Counted from the first letter of the stretch, positions 38,401 to 51,913 are shown. The stretch: 64,000 nucleotides of DNA from Sphyrna mokarran (GCA_024679065.1 JAGIQG010000032.1:13640001-13704000), one strand, 5' to 3'. Translations and numbers: made by a program. Notes: generated by a model not told the origin, from the letters alone.

Positions 38401-39842
38401 CTTTCCTTTCTTTATAAATAGGGATCTGATTTCTGCAGAGATCAGATCCAATCTAATATTCAATTGGAACTGTAATTAGAATATAAATTAATAAAAACCA
38501 AGTCTCAGTATAGATTTCCATATATCAGCAAACTGTTCATACAAGGTTGACTTATTAACAGATTAAATTTTAACTAGAAAATCACAGAGTAATCCCAGGA
38601 AGCAAATTTCTGTTGGTATAGAGTTCAGTTCACTGTGGTAATGACATGCTTTCACCACAAACACACACAGAACAACAATATGCAACAAACAGCTCCAAAA
38701 ATAGAGGTACAACCATTGCAAGCCATATGTGACTGCAGGAACTAGTGTTGGATGGCTGAATGGCACTGGAAACTCTCCTATTTTTGTTTTACATGTATCA
38801 CTACACACAAGCTTAGAGTCAGACAAAGGATGGAGGCAAGGGACAGACACAAAGCAAAAGAGGAGAAAAAAAGGGGCAATCCATGGAAAAAGAGAATAAG
38901 CAAGGAGTTACTATGCTAGTTGGGTCAGCAATCAAATGAGGCTTGAAAAATTGAAACAAAAATCATGAAAAAATTCAAAGATTCAAATTGGTATCTTTAG
39001 ACTAAAAGGATACTGCCAAAACATTAATTTATTTCATGCATTAATATTTCACTCAATGTCAAGCAGCAAACAGGGTTTGGTTGTTGGGGGTGGGGGTGGT
39101 GTGGGTGGGCGCAGATGACAAGTGGCTGTCTTTAATAGTGGCTTGGGAGACAATCTGCAAGCTTGCTAAAGCAAGAAAAACTGTGAAGAAATGGTAAAAA
39201 ACTGCTTTCTGAAATATGTATTTCCACATTTAGTAAATTGACTATGTAAGTATGAAACGTGAGCAGTTACCATCAGGACATATTAAAATGATCATTGTTT
39301 TAAAAAAAATCATCATTAATTAGCTAATGAAATTAATTTGTGACTATTCATTTTTTCTTTTCAATGAATTCACAGACAACATTAAGTACTGTTTAAGTGT
39401 ATGAAAATCTGAAGACAGACAATGTGTAAGACATCAATTGAAGACTTTGACAAGCAGACAGCATAATAGCATTTTGGCTGACTGACATTTACATTACATC
39501 ATCATGGGGGATGGGGTGGAATAAAAGTTTACGGCAGCAAACGTTTTCATATGGAATGTTGGAGACACAATCTGCGAGACAGCGAAGAATAAAGGACCAT
39601 CTAGAAAAATATATGCAAATATCACGTTCCCCCCCCCACATAAATTAGTGCAAGGACAAGAAGTTTAAAAAAAACTATAAATGTCAAATGTTGACTAAAA
39701 TATGTTGTTATTTAGTATTATCCTGCTGACTTGGTGAGAGTAAAAGAATGAGCACTCTGGGAAATGCATAGCAAAGCTGGAAGATGTAAAGAATTGAAGA
39801 GAAAGTTAAGGTTGGTTGGAAAGTAAATGAAGAGAGTTTTAC

Positions 39843-39854
39843 CGCTTGGCACCT
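39843..39854 (-). CDS. KCNMA1: KCNMA1 alternative 12-nt microexon at splice site C1 (SRKR position); inclusion gives RES-RGAKR-ILINPG
   Basis: ctcttgttgtttacag|AGGTGCCAAGCG|gtaaaa; 12 nt, phase 2-2, ends AAGCG like the SRKR exon, lies in the correct intron after a long U-rich tract. Confidence 0.85.
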
Positions 39855-40436
39855 CTGTAAACAACAAGAGAACATTTCAATCAAATGCCATGGTAGGAAC
39901 AAACAGGTTGCAAAAAAACAAAAGGAAACATTCCAACTTGGCAAACATAAAACAAACAAAACAGTTTTGTTCCTTCAAAAACACAGATGTGGCAAAACGC
40001 AAAAAAACATAAAAAGGAATCCTACAAACAAGAACGCAAAGTTTGAACTTTGTTCTATTTTCTCCAAGATGTGATGGGATTACGAAGATGAATCTGTACA
40101 TTCCAAATATATTTTGGACACTACTCTTGGGCACTCGCTACACTCCTTCATCTATGTATTTCACCCTAAGATGTGATTGGCCTGTCATTATTCATGATAA
40201 TTGTGAGTTTCAATGGAAGTTAATCAAGCTTTCCCTTCTTCCTTCCTCCCATTTGTTCATCACGTCAACATAGTAAATGTCCCTAAGTTCTCTCAAATTA
40301 AACAAGTTCTACTACTTTCCTCTGTTAAAATCTTTCATAAACTTTCAGGAAAAATAACTAATGAAGATTCTGGAAACATACAGCAGCTTAATCAACATCT
40401 GACATGTCTTTCTCACCAAAACTAATGGCTGAAACA

Positions 40437-40752
40437 AATCATAGAATCCTACACTGCAGAAGGTGGCCAATCAGCCCATCGAGTCTGCACCAACCACAAT
40501 CTCATCTAGGCCCTATCCCCATAATCCCATGGATCTACCCTAGCTAGTCCCCTGACACCAAGGGGCAATTTAGCATGACCAATTCACCAAACCTGCACAT
40601 CTTTGGACATGGGAGGAAACCAGAGCACCTAGAGGAAACCTACACAGACACAGGGAGAATGTGCAAACTCAGCACAGACAGTGACTCAAGCTGGGCATTG
40701 AACCCAGGTCCCTGGCGCTGTGAGGCAGCAGTGCTAATCACTGTGCCATCCC
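40437..40752 (-). mobile_element. HE1-type V-SINE, full length
   Basis: A/B-box head, V-domain, tail ...ccttctgcagtgtaggattctatgatt. Confidence 0.92.
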
Positions 40753-43197
40753 GAAACAAAGGATTCCAACTGAACATTAACCTTTTTTTGCCTCTTTCAG
40801 CCGATTGAGCTGCCATGTTTCCCCAACATTTTTTTAAATAAGTGCCTTAAGATGCACTTGTTACCAAATTACTCCAAATTTAGACTTTACAAAAGTTTCT
40901 GTAACATAGAACCCAATCAATCCTATTTTTAATGGAAGCGATTGGACAGGAAATGTATTTTACATTAGGCTGGCATATAACATTGGACACATATAATGAC
41001 AGTGAGAGGCTGATTAGACATGCTAATTAGCATTGGTTGATACATAGCTCTTCATATGAACAGTTCATTATGTCTTACGGTGTCTGATGTATGCAATATT
41101 GAGTAGAAGGTTAATACTATATTTAAATGAAATTAAGATCAGTTATCAGTACAAATACCAAGCAGTGCTATCCTAAAAGTTCTTCAATTGGATATCTTCG
41201 AGATTATCTTTTGATAATAAAAGTCGCATTCACTTGTGCATTGTGAACCCTTCATTAGTGGCAATGAAAGGAATTACATGGTGTTAAGTGCATTTATATT
41301 TTGTCAGTTCAATGAACAACTTAAGAACTGTACAGTATAGGCCCTTTAATGATCCTGTTTGCAGAAAATTGGATCTAACATGAATATGAGACACTAATTT
41401 GGCCTCATTTATTGCCTTTGAAGACCTGATGCCCTGGGAGCAGAAGCTCTCCTGGTCCTAGGCTGAAAGTACAATACTGATTGGATTGTCCAGATCTATT
41501 TGTTTCAATATAGTTTAGCATGCTTTGAATAGTTTTTAAACAAGCAACATACAGCTTCAACCAGTTTTGCACAATCAGATGCTGCCAGGCACTACACCCA
41601 ATTTGAAAGAGCTCTTGGAATGATTGTCTTCAATTTAGCACCTAATACATGTCTACATCTGTGAGTGGATATTTAATCTTAGTTCTTAAGAATTTACAGT
41701 GCATATTACTGCTAATTGGGATTAGCAGTGAATCAATAATGATTACTTAATGCAAATAAGTGGATTAAAGTACAGTTTGCTTAACATGAGGCTGCTTCCA
41801 TTAAGTGGCTTCTACTGTATTAATGAATAAAATCAGCATCATTTATCTCCTTTCACATTTAAGGGCAACTATGTCTGAACTGCATTCACTTTATAATATA
41901 TACAAAGCTTTGCTTCCATTTCATATATACTGTTACGTGGAAATATGCCTGAACTGACTTTGAATGGTGTAAACTAGTGCTAGATGAGATGGGCTATGCT
42001 CACAAAGCACTTAACTGCTGTCTATGGCCAATGGCAATCAGCCTATTCCAAAAATGACTAATGAGCAAGTGCTTCCCAACCATGCATCACATAACCTTCA
42101 AAGATTCCTGGACAGTACTTAACCATCAATCATGATGACTGCAGGAACTAAGTAAGTATCTGTAGGAAGTTACTTTGAAATCTAGAGGCATTTCTGATTA
42201 AAATGATGGTAAACTTGAAGAATGTTAACAATTAACTATAAACAATTAACCTTGTTCGGCTCTGTTATGATAATTGTAAAGAAGAACATGTTTTACCAAG
42301 AGTGTACTGTCGGAAAGGTAATGATATTCCCATTAGAATGAACAGAGATCAGCACCACCATGGTACTACATTTTATACTGGCTGCAATGATAAAACAATA
42401 CTACTGTCAGCCTTTAAATACTCCTCTTCCCTTTTCAATCACTGTTGAAAGCAAAACAGTGGTAGGTGCTTCCCTAATCATCACAGGACTTTTCTGACTC
42501 ATTCTCATTTCTTTGTACCTCCCGCATGGGTTTACTTCTTTCCAATATAAAACAAGCAGAATCCAACATTAGTAACCGAGTGAAACAGTTGGTGTACTTT
42601 CTTTATTTACTTCAGGTTTTTAAGACATATTTGTTCAGTTTTTCAAAAGGAGGGAAAAAGACTAGTTGCAATGTATTTTTGCAAAAAATATTTAATATCT
42701 GCTTGATGTGTATCAGTTTATAAAAGTGTGTTCCATTAAAAGAGATGGAGTAACAAGTAAATGAAGGATGATATTGATATGACCAATTAATCTGATTTTG
42801 AAGAAATATTTAGATATTTAATGTCCTGTTAGTTAACATTCCTTGCAGTACTCATGGGCACAATGTTTTCAATAGTATGTTGTGGGAAGAATCACTCCCT
42901 CAATGAGTTAAGGAAACACATTGGGAGAATTATAGATCCCAGGAATTATTTCAATTGTACAGCTTTTGAGTCTTTCACTCCACTCTGCAACCAACATGGG
43001 AAAGGGATAAAAGGCTCTAACAGGCTTTTAATCAGATTCAAGCTGCCAATGTGAAATGGAGTTAGAAGATGCTGAGTTTGTAGCAACAACTGAAATGTCT
43101 TTGTCAACACTTAGCGTCCACTTGACAGTTCGGTCGATTAGAAAGACTTGTGATGCAATTAATACTCACAATTCACAAGAAAGGCTGTGGCACTCAC

Positions 43198-43266
43198 CTG
43201 CTTTCCCTTGTGTCCGATTTGTATTCTATGGCTAACAATAACAGCTTCAGTTTCACAAAACAGAGC
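43198..43266 (-). CDS. KCNMA1: KCNMA1 constitutive exon (69 nt): (E)[22 protein letters not shown](S/R)
   Basis: Acceptor ttgccttccatttacag|GCTCTG and donor AGCAG|gtgagt; phase 2-2; matches Slo1 [17 protein letters not shown]. Confidence 0.97.
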
Positions 43267-43484
43267 CTGTAAATGGAAGGCAAAGAACCAGTCACCTCGT
43301 ATCATTACATATCAGGCAGGTAAAGCCATTTCACAAATAAAGTCAGTAGACGATATTCTTGACAGGAGGATCATTCTGATCTTAGATAATTCCTCATGGA
43401 GTTGTAAAAAATACTTGCAGGTGTATGATCAAAGAGAGATAACCTTAAGAAGCCTCCTGGCTCACTGATGCCAGAATAGATACT

Positions 43485-43769
43485 GTCATAGAATCCCTGC
43501 AGGACAGAAGGAGGCCATTCAGCCTATCAAGTTTGCACTGACCCAAACCCACCCAGGCGCACATTCTTACCCTGCTAACCTCCTAACACTAGGGTCAATT
43601 TAGCATGGCCAATCAACCTAACCCGCAAATCTTTGGGCTATGCAAGGAAACCCACGCAGACATGTGGAGAATGTGCAGACTCCGCACAGACAGTGATCCA
43701 AGACGGGAATCGAATCCGGATTCCTGAGGCTATGAGGCAGCAGTGCTAACTACTGTGCCACCATGCTGC
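43485..43769 (-). mobile_element. HE1-type V-SINE
   Basis: Same head, V-domain and tail as the 40437 copy. Confidence 0.9.
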
Positions 43770-45309
43770 TATGGGCAAACGCTTAGTTTGTTCTGGACCT
43801 CTCCTGAAATTACTAGAGGATCGACGATGTCAGAGATGGGGGACCAGGGACATGGATCGGGGGAGATGGTGAGGCATACAGAGCAGTGACAAATACTTTT
43901 TCCAAGTTTTGCGAAGTAATGGGGCGAAGGTTTCTTTGAAAACAGGCCTCTGAAGAAAGTACACATCAGGTGATAGAAGCTGTGCCACATTGCTCAACTC
44001 TCCATTGTAATTGGTCTTGGTACCAATCAATCCTGATTAAAATGTGATTTTTATCCCAGAGCCACATAAAGTAGATCTTGTCAGTATCAATGATTGGAGA
44101 ATCCAAAGTGTCTACCTCAGGGTCAAGCGACATTATTTGGCCGTCAAGTCAAAACCAGGGCACCCCAGAAATTAAGAATTATACTTAATATTAGGCCCTG
44201 CAATAACAATTTAATATTATTTCTCCTTAAGCCAGACAATTGCAAGTACTGTTCACAAAGCAGTCAGTCATAAGTGCATTTGTGTTAAATCTATGCCCAG
44301 TAAACCGCAACGATCTTCTTAATAGAGAATGAATCAAAAGATAAAAGGATCATCCATATAATTTCTGATTGTGTACATCAACTTGCTTGTCAATTAACAC
44401 ACTTGAAGTGTCAAGTGAGAAAATATTTCTAGCTCTGGTCCTATCATCCATCACTTTACTCTACTAATTATAGTCATTCTATTACATTTACTAAGAAAAA
44501 AGGCTGAAAATCAATTTTTATTAGTTGCACAATCATTATTAATTAAGCAAGAAATATTGAATCCAAGTATGAAGAAAAATCAGTGTAAAATTAAATTTAT
44601 AATACTTTTGTCATTAATGACAGCTGAACCCACACAAGTATTTATTTTGTGCAGTATGATATGTACTAAAGAGAAATTGAAACAAAACTCAATGGACAAC
44701 TTATCATCAACTTAAATTGGAAGTTGATCATAATTACTAATCGTCCTGAAATTTTAAAGGTCAGTGACCGTCTCAAAGTCTTTAAACATAGCTACCGTAT
44801 TAAGGTACATATGAACAAGAACAGACCATTCAGGTCTTCAAGCTTGGTCTGGCGTATGTCACCTGGTCAGTATCAACTCCATTTGCCTTTCTTTCACATG
44901 TATCCTTTCACACACACAGCAAAAAAAAAAATTAGTCAATCTCAGTCTAAGTTTTCAATTGATCAAGCATCTTTTGCGAGAGAATTTTCCACATTTCCAT
45001 CGTGTGTGGAAACAGTACTTTCTGATGTCACCCTTGTATGATCTATTTCTAACTTCAATATTACACCGCTTGTTACAGACAAAATATCTGTAACTCACCA
45101 GAAAAAATATCTTCTGTCTAACTACACTTTTACCATTTTATCCCCTTATCGAGCTAAACATAGCTAAAGCATTCTTTCGGAGAGCAGTGCAGACTCATTG
45201 GTCAGAACGGCCTCTTTCTGCACTGCAGTGGTTCTATGGATTCTGTGGTTCAACAGGCCAAAAGATGGACAGATTGGCTGATGCCATACACCATAACATA
45301 ACATTCAGT

Positions 45310-45545
45310 TTAGTATTTATTAGTGTCACAAAGTAATAATTACATTAAAGCTGCAATGAAGTTATTGCCACAATCTGGTGCCTGTTTGAGTACACTGGGG
45401 GAGAAATTCTGGGCCAATGCACCTAACCAGCATATCTTTTGGAGAGTGGGAGGAAACCCACGCAGATACCGAGAGAACGTGCAAACTCCACACAGACAGT
45501 GACCCATGCCAGGAATTGAACCTGGGACCCTGGTGCTGCAAGGTT
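45310..45545 (-). mobile_element. V-SINE type B; a plus-strand HE1 tail fragment lies at about 45170-45245
   Basis: tttattagtgtcaca...gcaatgaagtta tail and V-domain. Confidence 0.85.
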
Positions 45546-47809
45546 GGGCAGAAAGGCAACGAGCTAGCCATTTGTTTTATTTTATGTGTCTCTGCCACCT
45601 GGCCTTTATTCCTGCTGATGAGGGATGGGGTGGGCGGAGGGAACGACTGTAAAATCCAACCCCCCCAACCGTATTGTATCAATCACATTAAAGAATTCTC
45701 CCAGATAACAACATTAGGAAGTTTAAAGCACTGGTTATCTTTCACATTATTTTTCTCTCTGTAAAGTGATAAAGATTTGAATGTACATATTAAGCTAGAA
45801 ACTTAATATTGTGAATATAACATATTTTAAAAACCGATTGAATTTTTATTATAATGGAAGCATTTGACGTTTCACAGATACAAAATTATTTTTCCTGGGC
45901 CGGAGAGGTTGTTCATTATCAATTAAGAATTCAGACCTCATTGAATAAGACATAATATTTCAAGGATCTTTACAGTGAGGCCAAATATAAAAATGGAAGC
46001 TCGCATCAGTTCAAGTGATTTCAAAGGATTTTCATCCATAGGAACTTGGCAACAGCACATCCTGTGGGGAAGCAAGGACTCACTGACTGCGGCTTTTGGA
46101 TTTTCACATTTAACGGTGAATGTTTCGGTGCCAGAATCTGCTGTCAGTTTCACAGTCATAATTACGGTGAATGTTGTAGTCACACTGTCATTACAACTGC
46201 AAAATCCTGGCCATTATATTTTACAGTCAAAGATTCTGGAAATAACTCTAAAAGCTCCACAGTATCAAAGCAGGTTATCCAATTGAATATTTCACAATGT
46301 CCAGCACAGATCCACATCACTGGATGAAGAATCACCCAGAATCTACGATGAATCAATCAGGCATTTTGAAAATAATCAGCTCCAATACTTACACTTTAAA
46401 ACTTTTCATCTATTTAATGATATCTTTCTCTTTCCTAACACGATTCCATAAAACAGCTGTATTTACAGTACTGTTAACATGGATTAATTTGTGCAACAAT
46501 ATACAAAAGGACATATTGATTATCATAGGGCTTAATTAAAGAGAATTGGATAGCATTATCCATCTAACACTAGCAAGGACATGAGAGTATGAATAATGAG
46601 GTCTCTTTAATTTAAACTAGAAAACAGGATAATTGAGTCTCTAGGCAAAACCTATGTGTCAAGTGAAGATTTTTAGGCGATTCCTAAATCTCATTAGAAC
46701 ATCTGCATTCATTGATCATCACTTCCTTGTGGCACTGCATCATTAGTCGACAATAACAACCCCTCCTTGTTTAAATCTCATTAACCCCATGAGAACAGAT
46801 GATGCGAGTTTTCCAAGCAGCCATTACCATGACAAGGCGACTGTTGTTTGGTATATGAACATGACTCTCGTAATAAAGTAATCAGTTTCTCCCGAGGGGA
46901 AATCCAAAATCTGAACTGTAATTACCATATGAAGACATTAACTGCTTTCATATACTCTACTTATATTTGGAAGGCCAATCCAATTCCATTTGGTGAGCTC
47001 AATTGAATTTGATTCCCCCTTCACATTAACGGTCATCTTTGCCCTGACCTAGGGCACGCCTTGGACACCACTGAAATATCTACCCATCATTCCTGATGAC
47101 ATTACTTGGAAGAAGAATCAGTCTATTTATACTAAGCACTATATGCAGCTATCTGATTTGGAACCCAGATTTATTTTAATTATGCTACTTATCTCTCCAT
47201 ATTAAGTTGCATTCCTGTTCCAACATTAAATTGTATTACCCTTTCCAGATAGAAAGGTAATACCTTATATTCAGCGACAAGTTAGCGTTCCATGCTACAT
47301 TTGAGGAGGTCAAGAAGATAGCTGTACATTTTTCTTCCAGTAAGATTTAGCAGTCACGAGAAGGTGTATGAAGGAGGCTGACTCATCCTTACATCCTTTG
47401 CAACACAGCTCAGATTAGGCACTTATCATACAACGAATAATGAGACCTATACCTAACAATGTGGGTCGCATATTCTAAACTACCTACTGGAAAATGCAAA
47501 CTACTATATTTTAAAACATTACCCTTCCTGTGAGTAACGGTGATATGTAGAAATTCTCAATACTGCTGTGTTCTCCTTATAAATGGTTTTTCACTGCTGT
47601 TTTATGAAAGATTACTTCAACATTTTTGAGTGAACCAGTGTAGTTAACTTGACAGATAGTAGTTATTGAAGCCAATCAGGAAAGTGTGATGGATAATTTT
47701 TTTGCGCCTTGCAAATAGCTCATTCACAGATTAAATGTATAGGCTGTCACATTTAATGTGTGACTGTTATTCACAAGACTTTTAATTATATGTACTAATG
47801 GATAGGGAG

Positions 47810-48150
47810 CAGTAATCGCCAGAGAGGAGTAAGTAGTCAGAAAAGCACTAAGCAGAGAGACCAACAAAGATAGGGAGGAAAGGGGGCTGCTGAAAGGTGG
47901 AACTGACAATGAGCAGAGAGATAACAGCAAGAGGAGGTAGACATGGAAGTGACATGGAGAGTGGTGAGGGAAGGATTAGTAGGAGCTTTACTGGGTAAGA
48001 AATGACAGGATCGAGCACCAAGTGATAGAGAATGTTCGAAGTAGTGCTGAGAAATAATGAATCCAAAATGAAGCTGCGAAGAGGGTCTGACATGGAAGTT
48101 GAAAATGATCAGGTAATGCAACCAGGAAATAGGTCTCCCTGAACACAAAA
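47810..48150 (-). mobile_element. Decayed L2-type LINE internal fragment
   Basis: Minus-strand translation LDPVISYPVKLL resembles the L2 ORF2 LDPIPTKLL region; pyrimidine-rich minus strand. Confidence 0.4.
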
Positions 48151-48169
48151 ATATTCCCCTCTGTCTCTC

Positions 48170-48455
48170 TTAAGTTTAAATTTATTTATTAGTTCACAAG
48201 TAGGCTTACATTAACATTGCAATGAAGTTACTGTGAAAATCCTCTAATGGCCACACTCCAGTGCTTGCCTGTTCAGGTACGCTGAGGGAGAATTTAGCAT
48301 GGCCAATGCATTTAATCAACAGGTCTTTTGGACTGGGACAGAAACCCAGGCATACACAGTGAGAACATGCAGACTCGACACAGAGGGTGATCCAAACTGG
48401 GAATCAAACCTGGGTCCCTGGTGCTGTGAGGCAGCAGTGCTAATCACTGTATGCC
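48170..48455 (-). mobile_element. V-SINE type B, near full length
   Basis: Head gcatacagtgattagcactgctgcctcacagcaccagggacccaggtttgattccc and tail ttttcacagtaacttcattgcaatgttaatgtaagcctacttgtgaactaataaataaa. Confidence 0.9.
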
Positions 48456-48659
48456 CATTAACAATAGTTGAAACTTCCTGGCTATTTATGCTGCAGTTAA
48501 CGGAGATTTGGCTGAGCACCAAATTCTCCAGCCTCGCTTGCAGCAGCAGCAAGGCACGAACGCCAGGAAAATTCAGACCCAAATTCAGATCATTTTGGTC
48601 AATGTTGTTTGCTTTAAATGGGATATAGGATGCAAGAACTGAGAATAGATAACACTATC

Positions 48660-49184
48660 TATTCGCAGTTCTGGTCGCCTCACTATAGGAAGGACGTGGA
48701 AGCTATTGAAAGGGTGCAGAGGAGATTTACAAGGATGTTGCCTGGATTGGGAGGCATGCCTTATGAAGACAGGTTGAGGGAGCTGGGACTGTTCTCCCTG
48801 GAGAGACGAAGGTTGAGAGGCGACCTGATAGAGGTTTACAAGATGTTGAGAGGAATAGATAGGGTGGACTCTCAGAGACTATTTCCCAGGGCTGAAATGG
48901 TCGCGACGAGAGGGCACAGATTTAAGGTGCAGGGAAGCAAGTACAGAGGGGATGCTAGGGGAAAGTTTTTCACTCAGAGGGTGGTGAGTGAATGGAATCG
49001 GCTGCCGTCGGTGGTGGTCGAGGCGAACTCGCTGGGGTCTTTTAAAAGACTTCTGGATGAGTATATGGGATCCAATGGGATTGGGGGTTATAGATAGGTC
49101 TATGGCTGGGTAGGTTTTGATGTGTTCGGCACAACTTGTGGGCTGAAGGGCCTGTTTGTGCTGTAGTGTTCTATGTTCTATGTT
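48660..49184 (+). mobile_element. Relatively young 5'-truncated CR1/HER1 LINE (ORF2 C-terminus plus 3' UTR)
   Basis: Uninterrupted frame in ORF 48618..49097: QFWSPHYRKDVEAIERVQRRFTRMLPGL...LFSLERRRLRGDLIEVYKML...TRGHRFK; ends (TTCTATG)n. Confidence 0.95.
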
Positions 49185-50216
49185 TTATCACTTGGGGTAT
49201 TCGGAGTTAGAGGGAGCTTGGTAAAATTCAGAGCTTTAATTTATGCTCGCACAATGCCTTAGTCCCCACTCTCACATCGTGTAACATTTTTATTTCGCAC
49301 ACTAGGCTTTTTAACAACTTTGCTCAGATTAAGACTGCCAATTTTAGACTAGAGAGAGAACAGCTCTGTGTACACCGTTAGAACTGGGGTGAAATTGTTC
49401 AAGCTTATTTTACATTCACCTCTCCCAGCTAGCATATAAAAAAATTTTAATCCATTTGGCTGACTTGGCCTTGAATTTGGGTGTCAGAGTTGAAGGATAA
49501 TGCTTCACTTACTAAACCATCTGGCCCACGCATTGCGCATTTTTGTGCATCGACCCAGTTCTACATTGAATGAGCACATGACCTTGTCACTGATGTACAA
49601 AGTGGCTTTGTCACATGTCCCTACTTCTGAATTCACTCTGACATGAAGTCCAATCCAAACTCCAAGTCAGGGCAAATCTGGAGATCAAAGTTTATTCATT
49701 TCACATTGAATTAAGAGGAAAATGTGGAGCTGTGCAGAAGTAAGACTCCATATCTTGTATCAGGCAACAGCAATTTCCATTTCTATAGTGCTCCATATGC
49801 AAGGAAGTGCCTCAAGATCCTTGCTAGAGTGATGCATAACCAGTAGATGTTGAGTGAGAGAAGACAGAATTCCATGGTTGAACATGAGGGCTATAAGCAA
49901 GTGTTTATCGGCAAGAGAGAGATACTTTTACAGCCAGCTGCAACAGAGATGAGCAAAAAGGATGGAGTAATTTACTGCTGGTGGAATAGATCCATGTTTA
50001 GACTGTCACATATACACAAGGACAAAGGTGCAGCTCATGTAAATGAGACCCGAGGCAACAAAGTATGACATGGTCATTCTTGGAGAAAATACTTTTTACA
50101 AGTGAAGCAGTGGTAAAACTGTTCCAACAATCTGCATTTAAAGCAATTAATCAGAGCTTACCAATGAGCTTAAAGTCAATGTTGGAGATGAGAGTCAAAA
50201 ATTGTTTGTTTACTTA

Positions 50217-50327
<111 letters not shown>

Positions 50328-50363
50328 CTAGAATGGAAAGAGAAATGGAACGTTGACACATCT

Positions 50364-50679
50364 AGAATCATAGAATACAATCCCTACAATGTAGGAGGAG
50401 GCCATTCAGCTCATCTAGCCTACAACGGCAACAACCCCATGCTAGTCATGGTTCCCCATTACCCCACATATTTACGCTGCTAATCCCCCTGACACTAAGG
50501 AGCAATTTACTATTGCCAATCAACCTAATCTGAGCATCTCTGGAGTCTGGGAGGAAATCCACGCTAACAAGGGGAGAACTTGTAAATTCCAGACAGACAG
50601 TACCCCCCAAGCCAGAATTGAACCCGGGTCCCTGGTGCTGTCAGGCAGCAGTGCTAAACACTGAGCCACCATGTCGCCC
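50364..50679 (-). mobile_element. HE1-type V-SINE abutting the acceptor of the 110-nt exon
   Basis: Head, V-domain and tail tagaatcatagaat. Confidence 0.9.
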
Positions 50680-51174
50680 TTAGAGGAAAGTCAAACTTTG
50701 GATTTTACTCCATCTCCTCTGTACAGGTCAGTGCTGTAATTCCAATGGTGACACCTAGATTTGAATTTCACTTGGACTGACAAAATGAAAGTTATACTAA
50801 TTAAATTAGATTAAGCAGTTGAGATTTATACAAAATATCCACCATGGTGAAGTAATAGGATGCCACAAACATGAGATTAGAAATGTTACATTAGTCCCGT
50901 TGAAGGCATTCGTTCTGCCAATATAACAATCACTTCCCACTGAAGAATAAATGAAGGAGACACTGTCCTTTTCTTTCTTAGGTTAAGGTTCAAGCACAAG
51001 GATAGACAATATAGCTTTCACCTAAACCATACCAGGACAAATCCATTTTGGTCCTAATGTACAGAGGAAAAAAGTCTATCCAAATCATCCTTACTTGGCA
51101 ATCACAAAATGTTTCATAAATGACCTCACAAATAACAAACAGCATCATATGCTGTCTAGGTTCACTTATATATG

Positions 51175-51450
51175 CCTACAATGCAGAAATGGGCCATTCA
51201 ACCCATCAAGGCTGTACTGACTCTTCAAAAGAGAATTTTAGCATAATCCTCATAATCCCAAGCATTTACCATGGCCAGAGCACCTAACCTGCACATCTTT
51301 GGACTATCGGAGGAAACCAGGCCACACAGCAGAAACCCACGCAGACACAGGGGAGAACAAGCAGACTCCTCACAGTCACGTAAGGCCGGAATTGAATCTG
51401 GGTCCATGGAGCTATGAGGCAGTACTGCTAACCACTGTTACATTGTGCTG
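51175..51450 (-). mobile_element. HE1-type V-SINE
   Basis: cacctaacctgcacatctttggact V-domain with head and tail. Confidence 0.88.
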
Positions 51451-51616
51451 ACAAGGAACCTACTACTTTTCTATGCATTAACACTTATTCCAGTTCCATT
51501 CCAAATATTATCAAAGTTCCTATGGCTGTGTTACCAGTTTTCTTCCTAAATCATACTTTCTCCCTCATGTCACTGATATTATAATGCATAGTTATTCTGT
51601 CAGTTAATCATACAAT

Positions 51617-51913
51617 TATAGAAACCCTACGGTGCAGAAGGAAGCTATTCAGCCGATCAAGTTTGCACCGACAACAATCCCATCCAGGTCCTATCTCTGA
51701 AATTCCACATATTTACCCTGTTAATCCCTCTGACATACACACCCTAGGACATTAAGGGGCAATTTAGCATGGCCAACGAACCTAACCTGCACATCTCTGG
51801 ACTGTGGAAGGAAACATGCAGACACTGGGAGAACATGCAAACTCCACCCAAACGAGGAATCAAACTGAGGTCCCTGGAGCTGTAAGGCAGCAGTGCTTAC
51901 CACTGTGCTGTCC
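51617..51913 (-). mobile_element. HE1-type V-SINE
   Basis: ggggcaatttagcatggccaacgaacctaacctgcacatct V-domain with head and tail. Confidence 0.88.

Noticed and set aside
39855-40030. Upstream acceptor ttcttgtttgtag at 40021 extending the GAKR microexon
   Set aside because: It would give a 179-nt frameshifting, extremely U-rich exon; better explained as the microexon's intronic pyrimidine tract
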